This document shows, one piece after another, positions 36,310 through 52,924 of a stretch of DNA of 64,000 nt. Each line of letters opens with the position of its first letter. Position 1 is the first letter of the stretch. The translations under genes and the position numbers were made by a program. The notes under the pieces are model-generated. The model did no database searches and was not told the DNA's origin. It was given only the letters and a program-made list of their open reading frames with translations. Source of the DNA: the human T2T-CHM13v2.0 reference genome, Homo sapiens; the NCBI RefSeq assembly GCF_009914755.1, contig NC_060925.1. One strand, 5' to 3'.

Positions 36310-37343
36310 CCCCAAACACACAAAGCAGAAACCATAACAATAACTAAGAAAACAACAGAATGTGAGAGCTGAGGGAATTAGCCTTAGCAGACATTAAAAT
36401 ACAAAGCTTCTATTATGAAAACTGTGGTACTGGTACACCAATGGACAGGCACACCAATGGAATAGAAAAACAGACCCAACTATACACATAAATCTGGGAT
36501 ATGATAAAAGCAGTATCTCAAATTACTAGGGCAAAGATGAAGACATTAATAAATGATAGTGGAACAATGGATGGCCACTGGAAAAACACAAATTAGATCT
36601 ATTTCTCACACCAAATACAAGAATAAATTCCAAATGGATCAGAGATGTAACAATAAAAAAGAAAAACAATATATAAGTACTAGAGGAAAATATAGGTGAA
36701 TTCCTATAATGAAAGGTTAATAAATTTAACTATAAAATTAAAACTTTTGCATGAGAAACAAATGAAAAACTACCATAAGCAAAGTACAAATTGGGAGAAA
36801 ATATTTACGATATATGTTACAATAAAAGGGTGTATCTAACATACAAAGGACTTTTAAAATTGAGAGGAAAAAAGACCTATAATCACACGGGTAAATGAGC
36901 AAAAGAAATGACAACCTGTAAAAGAAAAAAAAAAGATAAAATGGCACCCTAGACATATGAAAAGATGTTAAACTTCACTCATAAAAAGAGAAATGCAAAT
37001 TAAAATTATATTGAGAAACCAGTTCTCACCCATCAGATTGGCAAAAAAGTCAAAAGCTTGATAATATACTCTGTTGGTGAGGCTACGGGAAAACAAGCAC
37101 ATTGCTGGTGAGAATGAAAACTGGTAGCATCTCTGTGGAAGGGAATTTGGCAGTATCTAACAAAACTATATTTGCCTTTACCCTTGGACCCAAGAATACC
37201 GCTTCTGGTCATTTACCCTGAAGATACACCTCCAAATATGAAAATACATGTGTACAAGTTTATTAAGCAATACATATACAGTATTACATATTACTGTACA
37301 ATATACTATATATAATAATCTATACACAATATATATAGTTTCT

Positions 37344-37344
<1 letters not shown>

Positions 37345-37392
<48 letters not shown>
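37345..37392 (+). repeat. (GT)24 microsatellite
   Basis: Perfect 48-nt run. Confidence 0.97.
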
Positions 37393-37394
<2 letters not shown>

Positions 37395-37900
37395 TTATTT
37401 ATGCAATGGTAGCATTATTTGTAATTGTAAAATACCAGAAACTATATTGATTGTATACACACACACATACACAATGGAGTAGTCTACAGCTTAGAATAAG
37501 GGAGATCTTTGTGAACTTGCAAAGGAGTGACTCCCAGGGTATACTGTTAAGTAAAAGAAGAAAGCAAAGTACAAAAGAGAATATAGAGCATGCTAACTTT
37601 TGTGTAAGAAGGGTAGGAAAACACACATAAATTTGCTTACTTTTGTAAAATGAAACATTGGAGGATAAACCAGAAAATAGTGAAAGTGATTGCTTAAAGA
37701 GGGTAGTGGTGGTGGAAGGAATAAGGTAGAAGAGAAAGGGTGGACGATACTTCTCTTAGTAAATGTTTTGTATGACTTTTGACTCTTGGAAGCAAGTTAA
37801 TTTTCTATATATTCAAAAAATAAAATTAAATCCATAAAGATAAGGACAAAAACTGAACCTTAAACTGAATGCAAACAGGAACAAATAAACTCAACTATAT

Positions 37901-38067
37901 TTTATTTTTTTAGGGATAGGGTCTGACTCTGTCACCTAGCCTGGTGTGCAGTGGCTCAATCATAACTCGTTGCAGCCTCGGACTCCTAGGCTCAAGCGAT
38001 CCTCCCAGCTTAGTTTCCTGAGTAGCTAGCTGGGACTACAGATGTGTGTCCCCATGCCTGGCTAATT
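37901..38067 (-). mobile_element. Alu right monomer (FRAM or truncated AluJ)
   Basis: TSD caact(a/g)t(a/g)ttt. Confidence 0.88.
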
Positions 38068-38400
38068 CACAACTGTGTTTTAAATGAATAACATAATTAC
38101 ACTGAAGGAAAAAAAGTAATTCAAGTAATTTTTGAACAGAGTACTTTAAGTACTTTAACCATCTAAGGAGGAAAAAAACGTAAACAAATCTTGAACTCTT
38201 CTAAGAGTTTTTCCATAGTGGTATGCATATAGAATTCTGAAACTTATTTTATGTGTATTATAGGATGTTGGCGGAAACTAAGATTCATACTGTAGAAAAA
38301 GGGGAGATGTAAAATATTTACCAACCTGTAAATGATGGGCATGTCCCAGGAGTGTCATTGAACAGATTTCTCTTCTCTGTCTACACTCTAGTCCTTAGGT

Positions 38401-38550
38401 AAGTGGTTCTTAAACTTTAGTCTGCATGGCTTGTTAAAATTCAGATTGCTGAGCCCCAGCCTCTGAGTTTCTGCTTTAGTAGGTCTGGGAATTTGCTTTT
38501 CTGGGCAGTGCTGATGCTGCTGGTCTGGGGACCACATTTTCAGAACACAA
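38401..38550. mobile_element. MER5A
   Basis: agtggttcttaaacttt..cagattgctgagcccc..gctgatgctgctggtctggggaccaca. Confidence 0.85.
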
Positions 38551-39188
38551 CCCTAGGATCTCCTCTAGCCTCATGGCTTTAAATTCTACCTATAATTAAA
38601 ACTTCCAAGTTTATATTACCAGCTTAGAAATTTCCCTTAAACTTCTTGTTTTTAATACAATTTCCCAATTGAAAATCTATTAGACATTCTAAGCATAGTA
38701 TATCTGCAACTGAAGTTCTGACTCACCTATCTCAGTCCATAGACTTGTTCTTCCCAAGACTTCTCTATCTCCTTTCAAATGGCACAAGCTAAAAACCTTG
38801 GAGTTGTCCTTGACCCCTCTCTTCTTCTTATATTCCTGTCCTATTAGCAGTCCATGAGCTATAACTTGAAAATGTATTAACAATCTGATCGTTTTTCATA
38901 AGTCCCCTTCATACTTCTTTGGCCTAAGCCACCATCATCTCTAACCTGGGTTTTTACAATAAGCCTTTTGAATGGTTTGTCTCTGCTCCTCTACTCTAAT
39001 TTGAACACAGCTACCAGAGTGAGCCTGTTAAAACATGCTTCAGATCTCACCATTCCTTTGCTCAAAACCTTCAATAGCTTCCCCTTTCACTCAGAACTAA
39101 AGCCAAGGTCCTTATGCTGAACTTTGGAGCCCTATATGATCTGATTCCTCATTATTTTTCTGACCTACTTCCTACCACTCTCCCTTGA

Positions 39189-39593
<405 letters not shown>

Positions 39594-39979
39594 TAAAATT
39601 TATGGAGGTCCACAAAGAGTTGTTATGTGTTGTATCTATCAACATTTATCATATTAGAAATTAAAACTTAGATACAATATGAATTTTAAGTTAACACAAA
39701 CATGTTAACACCTTTTTATGAAATTATATTTTCCAAAACAATAAGTTTAGTGAAAAGAACATTATTTTATATTTTTGCAAATCTCTTCATCTCTGATCTA
39801 ACAGAAGGCAGTTAGATGCTCATATCTGCTTCTGCATTCAATCTGTTGCCATACGTAATTTTTGGTTGAAGTTACAAAGAAACTCCAGACTCATGGGATA
39901 TGTAGCTGGAAAAGGGAGGAGTACTGAAATAACCTTTTCAGGTAATTGTGGATATTCTCCTTTGATTCTAAACCAAAAA

Positions 39980-40147
39980 AAAAAAAGATAAATGCTTGAG
40001 GTGATTGATATCCCAATAACCTTGATTTAATCCTTACACACTGTATGCCTGTATCAAAATATCACATGTACCCCATAAATATGTATAACAATTACATACC
40101 TACAATTAAAAATAATTTTTTAAATTAAAAGTTAAAAAAATTAAAAA
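39980..40147 (+). mobile_element. L1MA 3'-end fragment
   Basis: gataaatgcttgaggtga..gtatcaaaatatcacatgtaccccataaatat. Confidence 0.85.
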
Positions 40148-40198
40148 GCTCACTCTGAAACTCAGCAAGTGGTAGTTTCTTTAAAAATGTTAGTTGAA

Positions 40199-40496
40199 GG
40201 CCAGGCGCGGTGGCTCACGCCTGTAATCCCAGCACTTTGGGAGGCTGAGGCGGGTGGATCATGAGGTCAGGAGATCGAGACCATCCTGGCTAACACGGTG
40301 AAACCCCATCTCTACTAAAAATACAAAAAATTAGCTGGGCGCAGTGGCGGGTGCCTGTAGTCGCAGCTACTTGGGAGGCTGAGGCAGGAGAATGGTGTGA
40401 ACCTGGGAGGCGGAGCTTGCTGTAAGCCAAGATAGCACCACTGCACTCCGGCCTGGGCGAAAGAGCGAGACTCCGTGTCAAAAAAAAAAAAAAAAA
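40199..40496 (+). mobile_element. AluY
   Basis: 15-bp TSD aaaaatgttagttga at 40183-40197 and 40492-40506. Confidence 0.96.
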
Positions 40497-40502
40497 TGTT
40501 AG

Positions 40503-42969
<2,467 letters not shown>

Positions 42970-44043
42970 GTTAATCAAAATGTGAAAGTTGAAATAATAC
43001 TAATAAACTTTTCATATTCTGTTAATATTAAAATCTTTTAGTCTATCTTGTACTTTGAATGAATTTTTAATCCATGCCTGATTTTGTAATATCATGCATT
43101 GGTCATTTGTAAAACACTGTTTCACTGAGTTATACAGATTTCCCAAATATCAGCATATTTTATTATTCAGTATCAAAAATACACATTAGTTGGTATCACC
43201 ACAATCTCATCAGAAAAGTCTTTAAGTACGGGGAAGCTGTCAAGATTATGGTGGCAGGCACAAGGTTTCCAAAATTCTAATTTTCATTTGAAAGCTTGAA
43301 TTTTATCATTGCTAACAAATGCTATTAGCTGTTTTCTCTAAAGTGACAGGCTCACTTAGTTCATTTTTGAGAAAATGTCTGCCAAACACCCAAATCTGAA
43401 TAACGAGTTTGTCTTGTTAGTCATTCTTTCAAGTAAAAATGGAGTTTCATAAAAAAGTAGCTAGTTCAGCTGACAGCTCAATTATACAAGCGTTTTTTCT
43501 TCAGGCAACCACAGTACATCAGTACGCACCAGAATTGCACTAGTCATACTTCTCATTTCATCGCAAAGAATGTTAAGATATCTACTCAAAGGCTGGGATT
43601 TAATAAGCTTAATAAATTTTACTGCTTCATCAAGGACACTGTTAAGTGAACTTGGCTTATGCCCGAGTTGCTTTTTGGTTTTGTTTTGGTCCCCCTGCAA
43701 CATGTGGCAATCAAGTATATCATTACTATTACTATAGTTGGTGCCTTGATTTGTGTCAAGGTGCCAGCAGTTTTACTTACCATTGCTTTTATACCAATCA
43801 ATGCAAATATTAACCCAGTAAAAAAGGCAAGTAGAGTTAACATTATGAAAATGGTCTTGACCTTGAAGATGCTGTGAAAGGGTCTTGGGGATCCCAAGGA
43901 TCCAAGGAGTACAGTTTGAGAATTGTTAAACTAAGCAAACTATTGCTTTGGTGCACTTAAACTTTCAACTCTCTTTACTAAGAAAGAATTTCTTTCTCTC
44001 TCTTAGTGGTAGATAAAATAATTTTTTTAAAAAGAAAAAAAAG

Positions 44044-44340
44044 AGCCAGGCATCGTGGCTCACGCCTGTAATCCCAGCACTTTGGGAGGCTGAGACTGGT
44101 AGATCACCTGAGGTCAGAAGTTTTGACCAGCCTGGCCAACATGATGAAACCCCGTCTCTACTAAAAATACAAAAATTAGCCGGACTTGGTAGCAGGTGCC
44201 TGTAATCCCAGCTAATCAGGTGGCTAAGGCAGGAGAATTGCTAGAACCCAGAAGGCGGAGGTTGCAGTGAGCTGAGATTGCACCATTGCACTCCAGCCTG
44301 TGGAGCAGAGTGAGACTCTGCCTCAAAAAAAAAAAAAAAA
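44044..44340 (+). mobile_element. AluSx-like
   Basis: Full dimer. Confidence 0.95.
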
Positions 44341-45109
44341 TTCTTTTTCCTAGACAGCCATATCTCTGCTCAAATGATACCTTTCAGTGAAGCTTTCCCT
44401 CATCATCCTATATAAAACAATACCTCCAACCCATCACCCCCAAACCCCTGGCACTCTCTATTCTCCTTCTTCTGCTTTACCTGTCTTTATTTTTTCTCCA
44501 GATAAATTATCGCTACCAGTTTACCTGTTTATGTCTCTCTCAACTAGAATACAACTTCTTAAGGACTATGTTGTTATGTCCACATCTTACAATTATGCTT
44601 TACACATGGTGGGTGCTCAATAAATGTTAGTTGAGTGAATAAATGTAACCCATACTCTAGCATTTGATTCTAGAATTCTGCTTCACTTTGACTGCTTTTT
44701 CAGTGGTTTATGTTTTATTTCCCTAGCAGACTACAAATTCTCAAAACAGAGGCTAACCTATATTCCATGTAGTCCCCAAAGCTTTGGGCCTTGGATATAC
44801 TATGTGCAGTCTTTTTCCTAGGGAATATTTGCAGTCCCACAGTCACAATTCTGAGTAAAACCTATTCCCAAGTGACAGCACACGTATTGGGCAGTGAAAA
44901 CTGGGAAAAAAATTAGACATATTTCCTCTGGTTTGTAATAAGTTCTACTGTAGTTATGAATGTTGTAACTGGTATATGACAGTGCTGACCTCCTAGCTCC
45001 TGGGGTCTATGTTTTCTATATAAAAATATGCTGGAAGCAGGAAAATGTGCCATTCTGATGCTATATTCTGGTCGATTTTAAGCAGATGATTCTTGGTTGA
45101 ACATGCGAA

Positions 45110-45520
45110 TATATATATTTCAAATGAGCAGATTTGGCTCTGTGCAGCCAAGATTCTTAAAAATATTCTTTCTTTGACACCGTCTTGTATTTCTGGGAAA
45201 CTAAGGATACGTTCCTTGGCATTGAGAAAAATGCTTAAGTAAGTTTATCATATCATTATTAAAAAAGAAAATTTGGACCATTAAACTAGGGGAATAATTA
45301 AGCAAACAATTGCATATCCATTCAATTGACTCTTACATAATAACTTAAAATGATGGTTATAAAGATTGTATAACAACACAGAACAAGATAGATAATATTT
45401 AGTGAAAAACAGAATAGGATAGCATACAGTAAAATATACAGTGTGATTAAACTGCATTTTTAAAAACTGTAAAAAATAAAAACCAGAATAGAATATACAA
45501 AATGTTAACAATAGCAAAAG
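45110..45520 (+). mobile_element. Very old L1ME 3' fragment
   Basis: attcttaaaaatattctttctttgac..atatttagtgaaaaacagaa..tatacaaaatgttaaca. Confidence 0.5.
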
Positions 45521-45639
45521 AGGTTAGGAAGGTAGGAAGCTCAGGTTAACACTAGATTCAATAATACTAGCAATAATAGGAACAGACACTGAACTTTTAT
45601 GACTTATTACAATTATTAACGGAATGATTTACCCAACAC

Positions 45640-45960
45640 AGTCTTAGAATACTGAAAGTTGGAAGCAACCTTATGTCATCTAGTTTAACCTTTTTAAAAA
45701 ATAGATGGAGAAACTAAACATTATAGAGGAAAAATACTTGCTTAAGATCTCCCAGGAAATAAATAGCAAAGGTGGAGCTGGACATTTGAACATGGTGTGT
45801 GATTTTAAGGAAGTTACTTCATTTCTCTGCATTGTAGTTTCTTCATTTGTAAAATAGATAATAGTACTTACCTACAGATTATTGTCAAGATTACATGAAA
45901 TAACAATTGAAGAGATCAGTCCGGCACTGGCTACATAGTGAACGCTCAATAAACCTTAGC
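45640..45960. mobile_element. Two adjacent MIR fragments (minus ~45640-45790, plus ~45797-45960)
   Basis: agatggagaaactaa..acttgcttaagatc and gtgtgattttaaggaagttacttc..agtttcttcatttgtaaaat. Confidence 0.75.
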
Positions 45961-46912
45961 CTTGTTCTCATCTGACTGTAGTGAACTTTCTGCTACTATG
46001 TTGCTATGTGGGAGGTGAAGAGCAGGGTAGATTGGAGAGGAAAAGAAAGAAAACACTCATCAGGCAACTACGGCAAAATGATACTCTTGACCCTAATTGT
46101 TCTGGGACCCTGAAACTCTGCTCCTGTAGAGGATACAGTCAAAGGGAATCCTGTTCTATGGCCATAGTGGACCAACATGACTACACAAAGTGCAGACAGG
46201 CTAGTATCTTTTTCTTTCTCCTTTCCCTACCTTTTTTCTCATTCTTCTCATGCTAATAATTAGTATGAAACAATCCTAATGCTTACCACTTCACAGGCAG
46301 TAACTGGGCTATTAGATGGGACCAGCTGCTAAAGGGATTACACACATTAGCAGCAATTTCCAGTCTTTCAAACTAGTTCAAAGAACATGCTAGTTTTTAA
46401 TCACTCTGGGGCCCTTCAGTTCTGCTCCAGTTTTGGCAATGTGCAATATGTCTAAGTATACAAAAGGGCAAAAATACTTTACCTAAAATAATAAATGGAT
46501 AATTAGTTTAGTGTTCTTGAAGTAAAATGTATATCTAGAAATCAAGTTAGTTTGTCAGATACTGGCTCAGAGTATTGGCCTTTAAGGTTAGGAGAAATTG
46601 TTATCTTTTACTGGAAACTCATCTGGACAACTAGTCTTCTTAATTTGCAACTCTGCTGACTGATTTCAGACTTAGCTTTCTGGTTGTTCATGTTTAGATC
46701 TAGCATATTCTGCTAATGACACGGTCTACCTCCAACTCAGCATTTATTCTTTTTGCTTAGTTTGGCATCAAGTCCACGGTTTCCCTAGCATTTGATCTTA
46801 GTCTGCTTCTAGTTTTAGGATCCTCTAGTACTGAAAGCTTAAAGGAATGTGGCTCAAAAAAGAATGTCTTTTCCAGAGAAACTGTCTCCCGAATGTCTCA
46901 AATTCATTTCTT

Positions 46913-47071
<159 letters not shown>

Positions 47072-47086
47072 TCAAATTCATTTCTT

Positions 47087-47540
47087 CCACTCCAATACCA
47101 CTGCCTCAACTTTAATATACATCCTCAAAATCCCTTGTCTTAATCACTGAAATGGTGAACTAACCAGTCTCTCTCCCTCTAACTTATTCTAACCCATCAT
47201 TACCTCTATTCCTTATCTAACAGGTCATAAAGATCTGTCTAAAACACAAATGTGATCATGTCACTCCTTTGGTTAAAATTCTTCAATAGTCTCTTTGTAA
47301 TATTTTCTGTGTAAATTCAGAATAAGCCGTGCTATTCTTTCACCTTGTCTGATTTCAGTTTCTTGACATAGTCTCTGTGCTTAAGTTTTTGGAACGATTC
47401 TTTTTCTTAGCTGGTGCCTTGCATGTTAGCCCCCTGGAATTAATTGCCTCTTGAACTGGTTATCAACTCTAAACATCCTTCAGCAAATGACACAAATCCC
47501 AATAAGTTCTATCCAGTCTTCCCTCTTTTTCACCTACTCA
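47087..47540 (+). mobile_element. L2 fragment
   Basis: tctaaaacacaaatgtgatcatgtcactcctttggttaaaattcttcaatag. Confidence 0.65.
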
Positions 47541-47814
47541 GTCTCTATTAGTATTATTTTGAGCTTTATATATTATATATTTCTGGGTAACTCTTAAATA
47601 TTTCATTCTATTTTGACAACTATTTCACAAGCACCTGCTTCTGTAATACACATAAACTGAAACTTTTAAATACTACTTATGAAAGACTCACCTTATTTAT
47701 TATCATACAAACAACATATATCATTTGGTAGCTAATTCAAGTAAAACTTGAGAAAGTGACCTTTTACCAGGCTTCAATTTCCTTATTCACAAAATAACAG
47801 CATTAAAATAGAAA

Positions 47815-48000
47815 ATAACTCACATTTTTTGAATGCTTAATATGTGCCAGGTGTTCTAATATGTAAATTCTTAACTCCTTACAACAACCCTGTGAGTAGG
47901 TACTGTTACTGCCTCAATTTATAGATGAAGAAACAAAGACTAATGGAAGTTAAATAATTTGCTAAGGGAGGTTAAGTGAAGTGACAGTAAATTGCTAAAA
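47815..48000 (-). mobile_element. MIR
   Basis: atgtgccagg..acaacaaccctgtgagtaggtactgtta..tttatagatgaagaaac. Confidence 0.85.
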
Positions 48001-48058
48001 AGGTCATTTTGAAAATTCTGTGAGAATTTTATGGTTCTGAAAAAATATACAGATGTAG

Positions 48059-48620
48059 CTCTTTTTTCACAAGATGGCACTGAAGACAAAGAAGGAAGCT
48101 CCTGTCCCTCCCAAAGCCAAAGCCAAAGCAAGGCCTTTGAGGGCCAAAAAGACAGTACTGAAAAGTGACCACAGGCACTCCCTCCCTCCCCCTTCCTCCC
48201 CCCGACCCCCACCCCCCGCCAGCCCACAAATGTACATGTCACCAACCTGGCAGCCCAAGACACTACAGCTCTGGAGGCAGCCCAAATATCCTTGGAAGGG
48301 CACCCACAGGAGAAAGAAATAAGCGTGACCGCTATGCCATTATTAAGTCCCTCCTGACCACTGGGTCAGCCATGAAGAAGATAGAAGACAACAACACACT
48401 TGTGGATGTCAAAATCAACAAGTACCAGATCAAACAGGTTGTAAAGAAGCTCTATGACACTGATGTGGTCAACACCCTGATCAGGCCTGAGGGAGAGAAG
48501 AAGGCAGATGTTTGACTGGCTCCTGATTATGATGCTCTGGATGTTGCCAACAAAACTGGGATTATCTAAAGTGAGTCCAGCTGGCTAATTCTAAATGTAT
48601 ATATTTTCACCATAAAAATA
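48059..48620 (+). pseudogene. Processed pseudogene of RPL23A, antisense to SCMH1
   Basis: Pyrimidine leader ctctttttt-cacaagATG (ATG 48074). Peptides [25 protein letters not shown] and [51 protein letters not shown]. Intronless, frameshifted, premature stops, 3'UTR remnant, degenerate TSD aaaaatata(c/gc)a(g/a)at. Confidence 0.95.
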
Positions 48621-48974
48621 TAGCAAATCTAAACAGGATGCAGAATAAAATCAAATCAGCAACAGTTCTTTCTATCTTATATTACATTAGTGCTTTGAAG
48701 GATCTCTCTTCCACTCCTAATCCTTCTCATTCTACTCCCAACACACATTTCAAACGCATCCAAACTCCCAGCTGCTGGTTTAAAAAAGGGCCCTGGAATT
48801 TCCTGTAGGTCTCACTATGCATTTCCAAAATCACAGATGGAAACCTATCATATGAGACTTACACTTCATAATTCTCAAAGTACTTTAACATTCATTAATT
48901 TACCCCATATTCACAATTATCTCAGCCTTATTTACCTAACGGTTATCTCTAAATCTCCTTTGAGGCATAGAGAA

Positions 48975-49305
48975 GTGAAGTGTGGTATGAAAGAAAGAAC
49001 ACTGACTTTGAAGTCAGAAACCCATGGAATTAGGTTCAAGTCCTTGCAAATAACCTCTTTAAGTTATGGGTTATTATGAAGTTTAGCTGAGATAAAGTTT
49101 GAGAATGTGGATATGAGTACTGTGTCTGACATGACCTAGGGACTCCATAAATCTTAGTTTCTTATTCTTCCCCTCAACCTTTCTGAGCCCGTTTCCTTAT
49201 GTAAAATATGGGCAAATACTATAAATCCCACTGGAGGTTTGTGAAGTTTACTCAGATAATGTATCAAAGTGTCTTTAGGACCTTGTATGGGCTTGCTAAA
49301 TGTTA
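48975..49305 (+). mobile_element. MIR fragments
   Basis: aagaacactgactttgaagtcagaaa..ggttcaagtcc and tctgagcccgtttccttatgtaaaat. Confidence 0.7.
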
Positions 49306-49711
49306 ACTTTCTTTCTTCTTAAGATGATGCTCAGTAAACATGCTCTAAACAACATTAGAAAAGGTGATTAGTTTAATCTAGTACTAAACAGGAGAAAAAC
49401 AAAAGTTTAAACATATTTTTATGGTCTAGCCTGGTGACCTACACTCTTTTCCATGGAAAGCTCAAAATAAGACTGTGTCTATAGGTATACTCTGATTATT
49501 GATTATATATAAATGAGTGAATTCAGCTCTAAGGTAGGCTTCTATGTTTTTATACAGCAAATACTGTATTTCCCTATTGATTTGAGTGAAGAAAAGTTAT
49601 CACAAGATAAAAAAGAGCAAGTATCTGATGAAAACTTTTACTAAGGAGAATACTAAGTTTATCAAAACCCGGGTATGGTGATAAAAGAGAATTGTAAAAG
49701 CACTTTCCACT

Positions 49712-49759
49712 TAGCCTGGGCAACATAGTGAGATCTCGTCTCTAACAACAACAAAAAAA
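49712..49759 (+). mobile_element. Ultra-short 5'-truncated Alu/FLAM insertion
   Basis: agcctgggcaacatagtgagatctcgtctct plus tail, TSD aaag(c/gt)actttcc. Confidence 0.8.
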
Positions 49760-49972
49760 GGTACTTTCCCAGTCTTATAAATTACCATTTCTACCCCCTA
49801 GGCAGCAAAAAAAATTAACTACCAGAAAATCCCCTCATCTAGCATGGCCATTATGTCTTTAAGTTTGGTTCAACTTGCGCTGAGACTAGACAAGGAGTAA
49901 CGTAAAGCATCTACCATGACCATTACAGAATACAAAAATATAAAAACACAATCCTTTATCTTTAACATGTGA

Positions 49973-50303
<331 letters not shown>

Positions 50304-50614
50304 AGTATAGTCCTTTTTAAAGGGAAATCAGAATGCCTCTCCATTTCACACTAATGAGGCTGTCCCTGCAGTCTAGAGTTTATTCTAGGCATAGCATTGT
50401 AAACTTAAATGGATCAAGAAAAGAAAACTCTAAAGTCAAAGCTGAACCTGGGGTTGGGGAGGCGGGGAGAAAAAAAAAAAGAAGAGAGCTCAAGATGATG
50501 AGGGGCTTAGAAACTATACAATCTCAAAAATAGCGGGGAAAAAAAGACCTAGGGAAACAAGAGTATGTGAAAAGGTTTTGGATGAAAGAAAAACCAAATT
50601 AGAGCCAATGGATA

Positions 50615-50840
50615 GATACTGGGGAAAGCATATTTCAGCTTACAGTAAAAAACAGTATTTTTAGACATTTGTGCTATCACAAATTAAAAGTGCTCCTTTG
50701 GGAGGTTATAATCTCTGCCTGTGGGAGCATTTAAGTAACAGCAAATAAGCATTTATAGGGATGGTTTCAAGATGAGTCTTAAGTTAGGTGGGAGGTTGAA
50801 TTTGATTTCCTCTAGCCCCAGCACTCTAAGACTCTATGAC
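50615..50840 (+). mobile_element. L3/CR1 3' fragment
   Basis: atatttcagctta..ggtgggaggttgaa..ctctaagactctatga. Confidence 0.55.
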
Positions 50841-50939
50841 TTTTTACTTTCCTCACATCTCACATTTAATAGTAGGGCAAATAACTGATTCTTAACCAAT
50901 GTAACTTTTAGATGGGAGAGAAATGGTAAAGAGTAACTC

Positions 50940-51232
50940 TGAAGTCTGTATTTATTGATAAGATGTAAAACTCATTCTGGTGGATATACACATTTTTTCA
51001 AAATTTTTAATTTTCATTTGAAACCTTAAATTTATAATTCACAGAAAATGCTTATAGGTTGCCTTCCTTGAAGTGATCAGATCATTTCATTTTGGAGAAA
51101 ATGTCTGCTAAATATCCAAGTCCGCTGTTTTTTTCAAGCAAAGATAATATTCCATGAAAAAAGTAGCTAGTTGAGCTTACAACTCAAACAATTGCACAAA
51201 TGCTTTTTCCTGAGTCAACTATCATACTTGGA
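50940..51232 (-). mobile_element. Second Charlie1 internal fragment
   Basis: Collinear with 43215-43525 (gagaaaatgtctgc.aaa, aaaaaagtagctagtt). Confidence 0.8.
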
Positions 51233-51355
51233 TATTTTAAAAATGGAGACACTGGACTCACAGAAGTTAAAAGACTTGCCAAAGGCCACATAGCTAAAGC
51301 TAGGAGTTGAACCTAGATCTTTTGGTCTCCAAAGTCTATATTCTTTCCACTATGT
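51233..51355 (-). mobile_element. MIR
   Basis: agaagttaaaagacttgccaaaggccacatagct..tgaacctagatct. Confidence 0.8.
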
Positions 51356-52535
51356 TACTCTGAAACCAATGAATAAAACACTAGTGTATACCTGAATAAA
51401 AGAGAGAAGATAAAGAACTAAACATGCCTAGTTATAATAATGAAGGACACTAGGCCTCTGCTGCCTTCTAGGTTTCTCTAAATAATCCTTAGGAGTCTTA
51501 ACTGCCCAAAAGAATTTATCATCAGATTTCTCGTCTCTATAGCAACAACAGAGCATAGGGAATTGGGAATAAATTAATAAAATGTAAAATAGGCTATTGT
51601 GCATGCACACGCATGTGTGTGTGTGTGTGTCTACATGGCATAGGAGAGCATGAACAATGGAAAAGAAAAAAAGAGCTGGGGAAAATCCATTTGGTTTATC
51701 AGTTTCCTGGAATGGAATCTTATTTTTCATTCACAGTAGTGTATCATTGGCCTTGGTATAGTAATTTAGAGGATATGTTTTTTATTAGCTTTGCTCAACT
51801 TGGCTGGGTTCAGCTATGTGCTGCCAGCTGGGCTGATGCCAAGGCTGAAACTCCAGTCTTCTAAATTCCAGTTCACTTAAACAGCATGGGTTGCCTCCTG
51901 CTCTGATCCAGCTCAGTTAACACTTTTGGTACTCCATATCCAGCTCCTTTTTTCTCTCCTGACTCATTCCTACAACATGGATAGAGGACCTCTGCAACTA
52001 CAAAGACATGTCACATTTTCCTGGGGACTTCAGGCTGATAAATCTGCAGAGAGTGGGGGAAAACAGATAACTAAAATCATGCATGATAGGACCACAAACT
52101 TCAAAAGCCTCATATTACTGAAACTAAAAGGTGCAACTGACCTTAGTTTTCTAGGGCAGTAGGTAAGATGATTCAGGAGCAGTTTCGGCAAGTGGAGGGC
52201 TATATTTTCTTAGAAGATGGTCTGCTAATGGCTAGTCAAGCTTAGGCCACTCAGAAAGGTGGCATGAAAGCACATGGTGAGAAAGCACCTGCTAGTCAGC
52301 CACACAGTCAAAAACATTCCAGCTTTCCTTAGCACAAGACAATAAATTTTAACAGCTTACAACCACAATCCTGCCTTCTTGCCATATCACCCTCAGAACC
52401 TCCTCTTTTTTCTTTGCTTGGTTTGAGTTTGCCAGGTTTTTCTCATCTTCTTAACATATATGAATGTTTATGTTTTGTTTTTTTTCTATTAAGTCATTAT
52501 TGAGATTCAGAAATTCTCATTTATAACTGTAATAG

Positions 52536-52924
<389 letters not shown>

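Noticed and set aside
51755-51925. Possible ancient tRNA-derived SINE or structured RNA
   Set aside because: No convincing A/B boxes or consensus match by eye.
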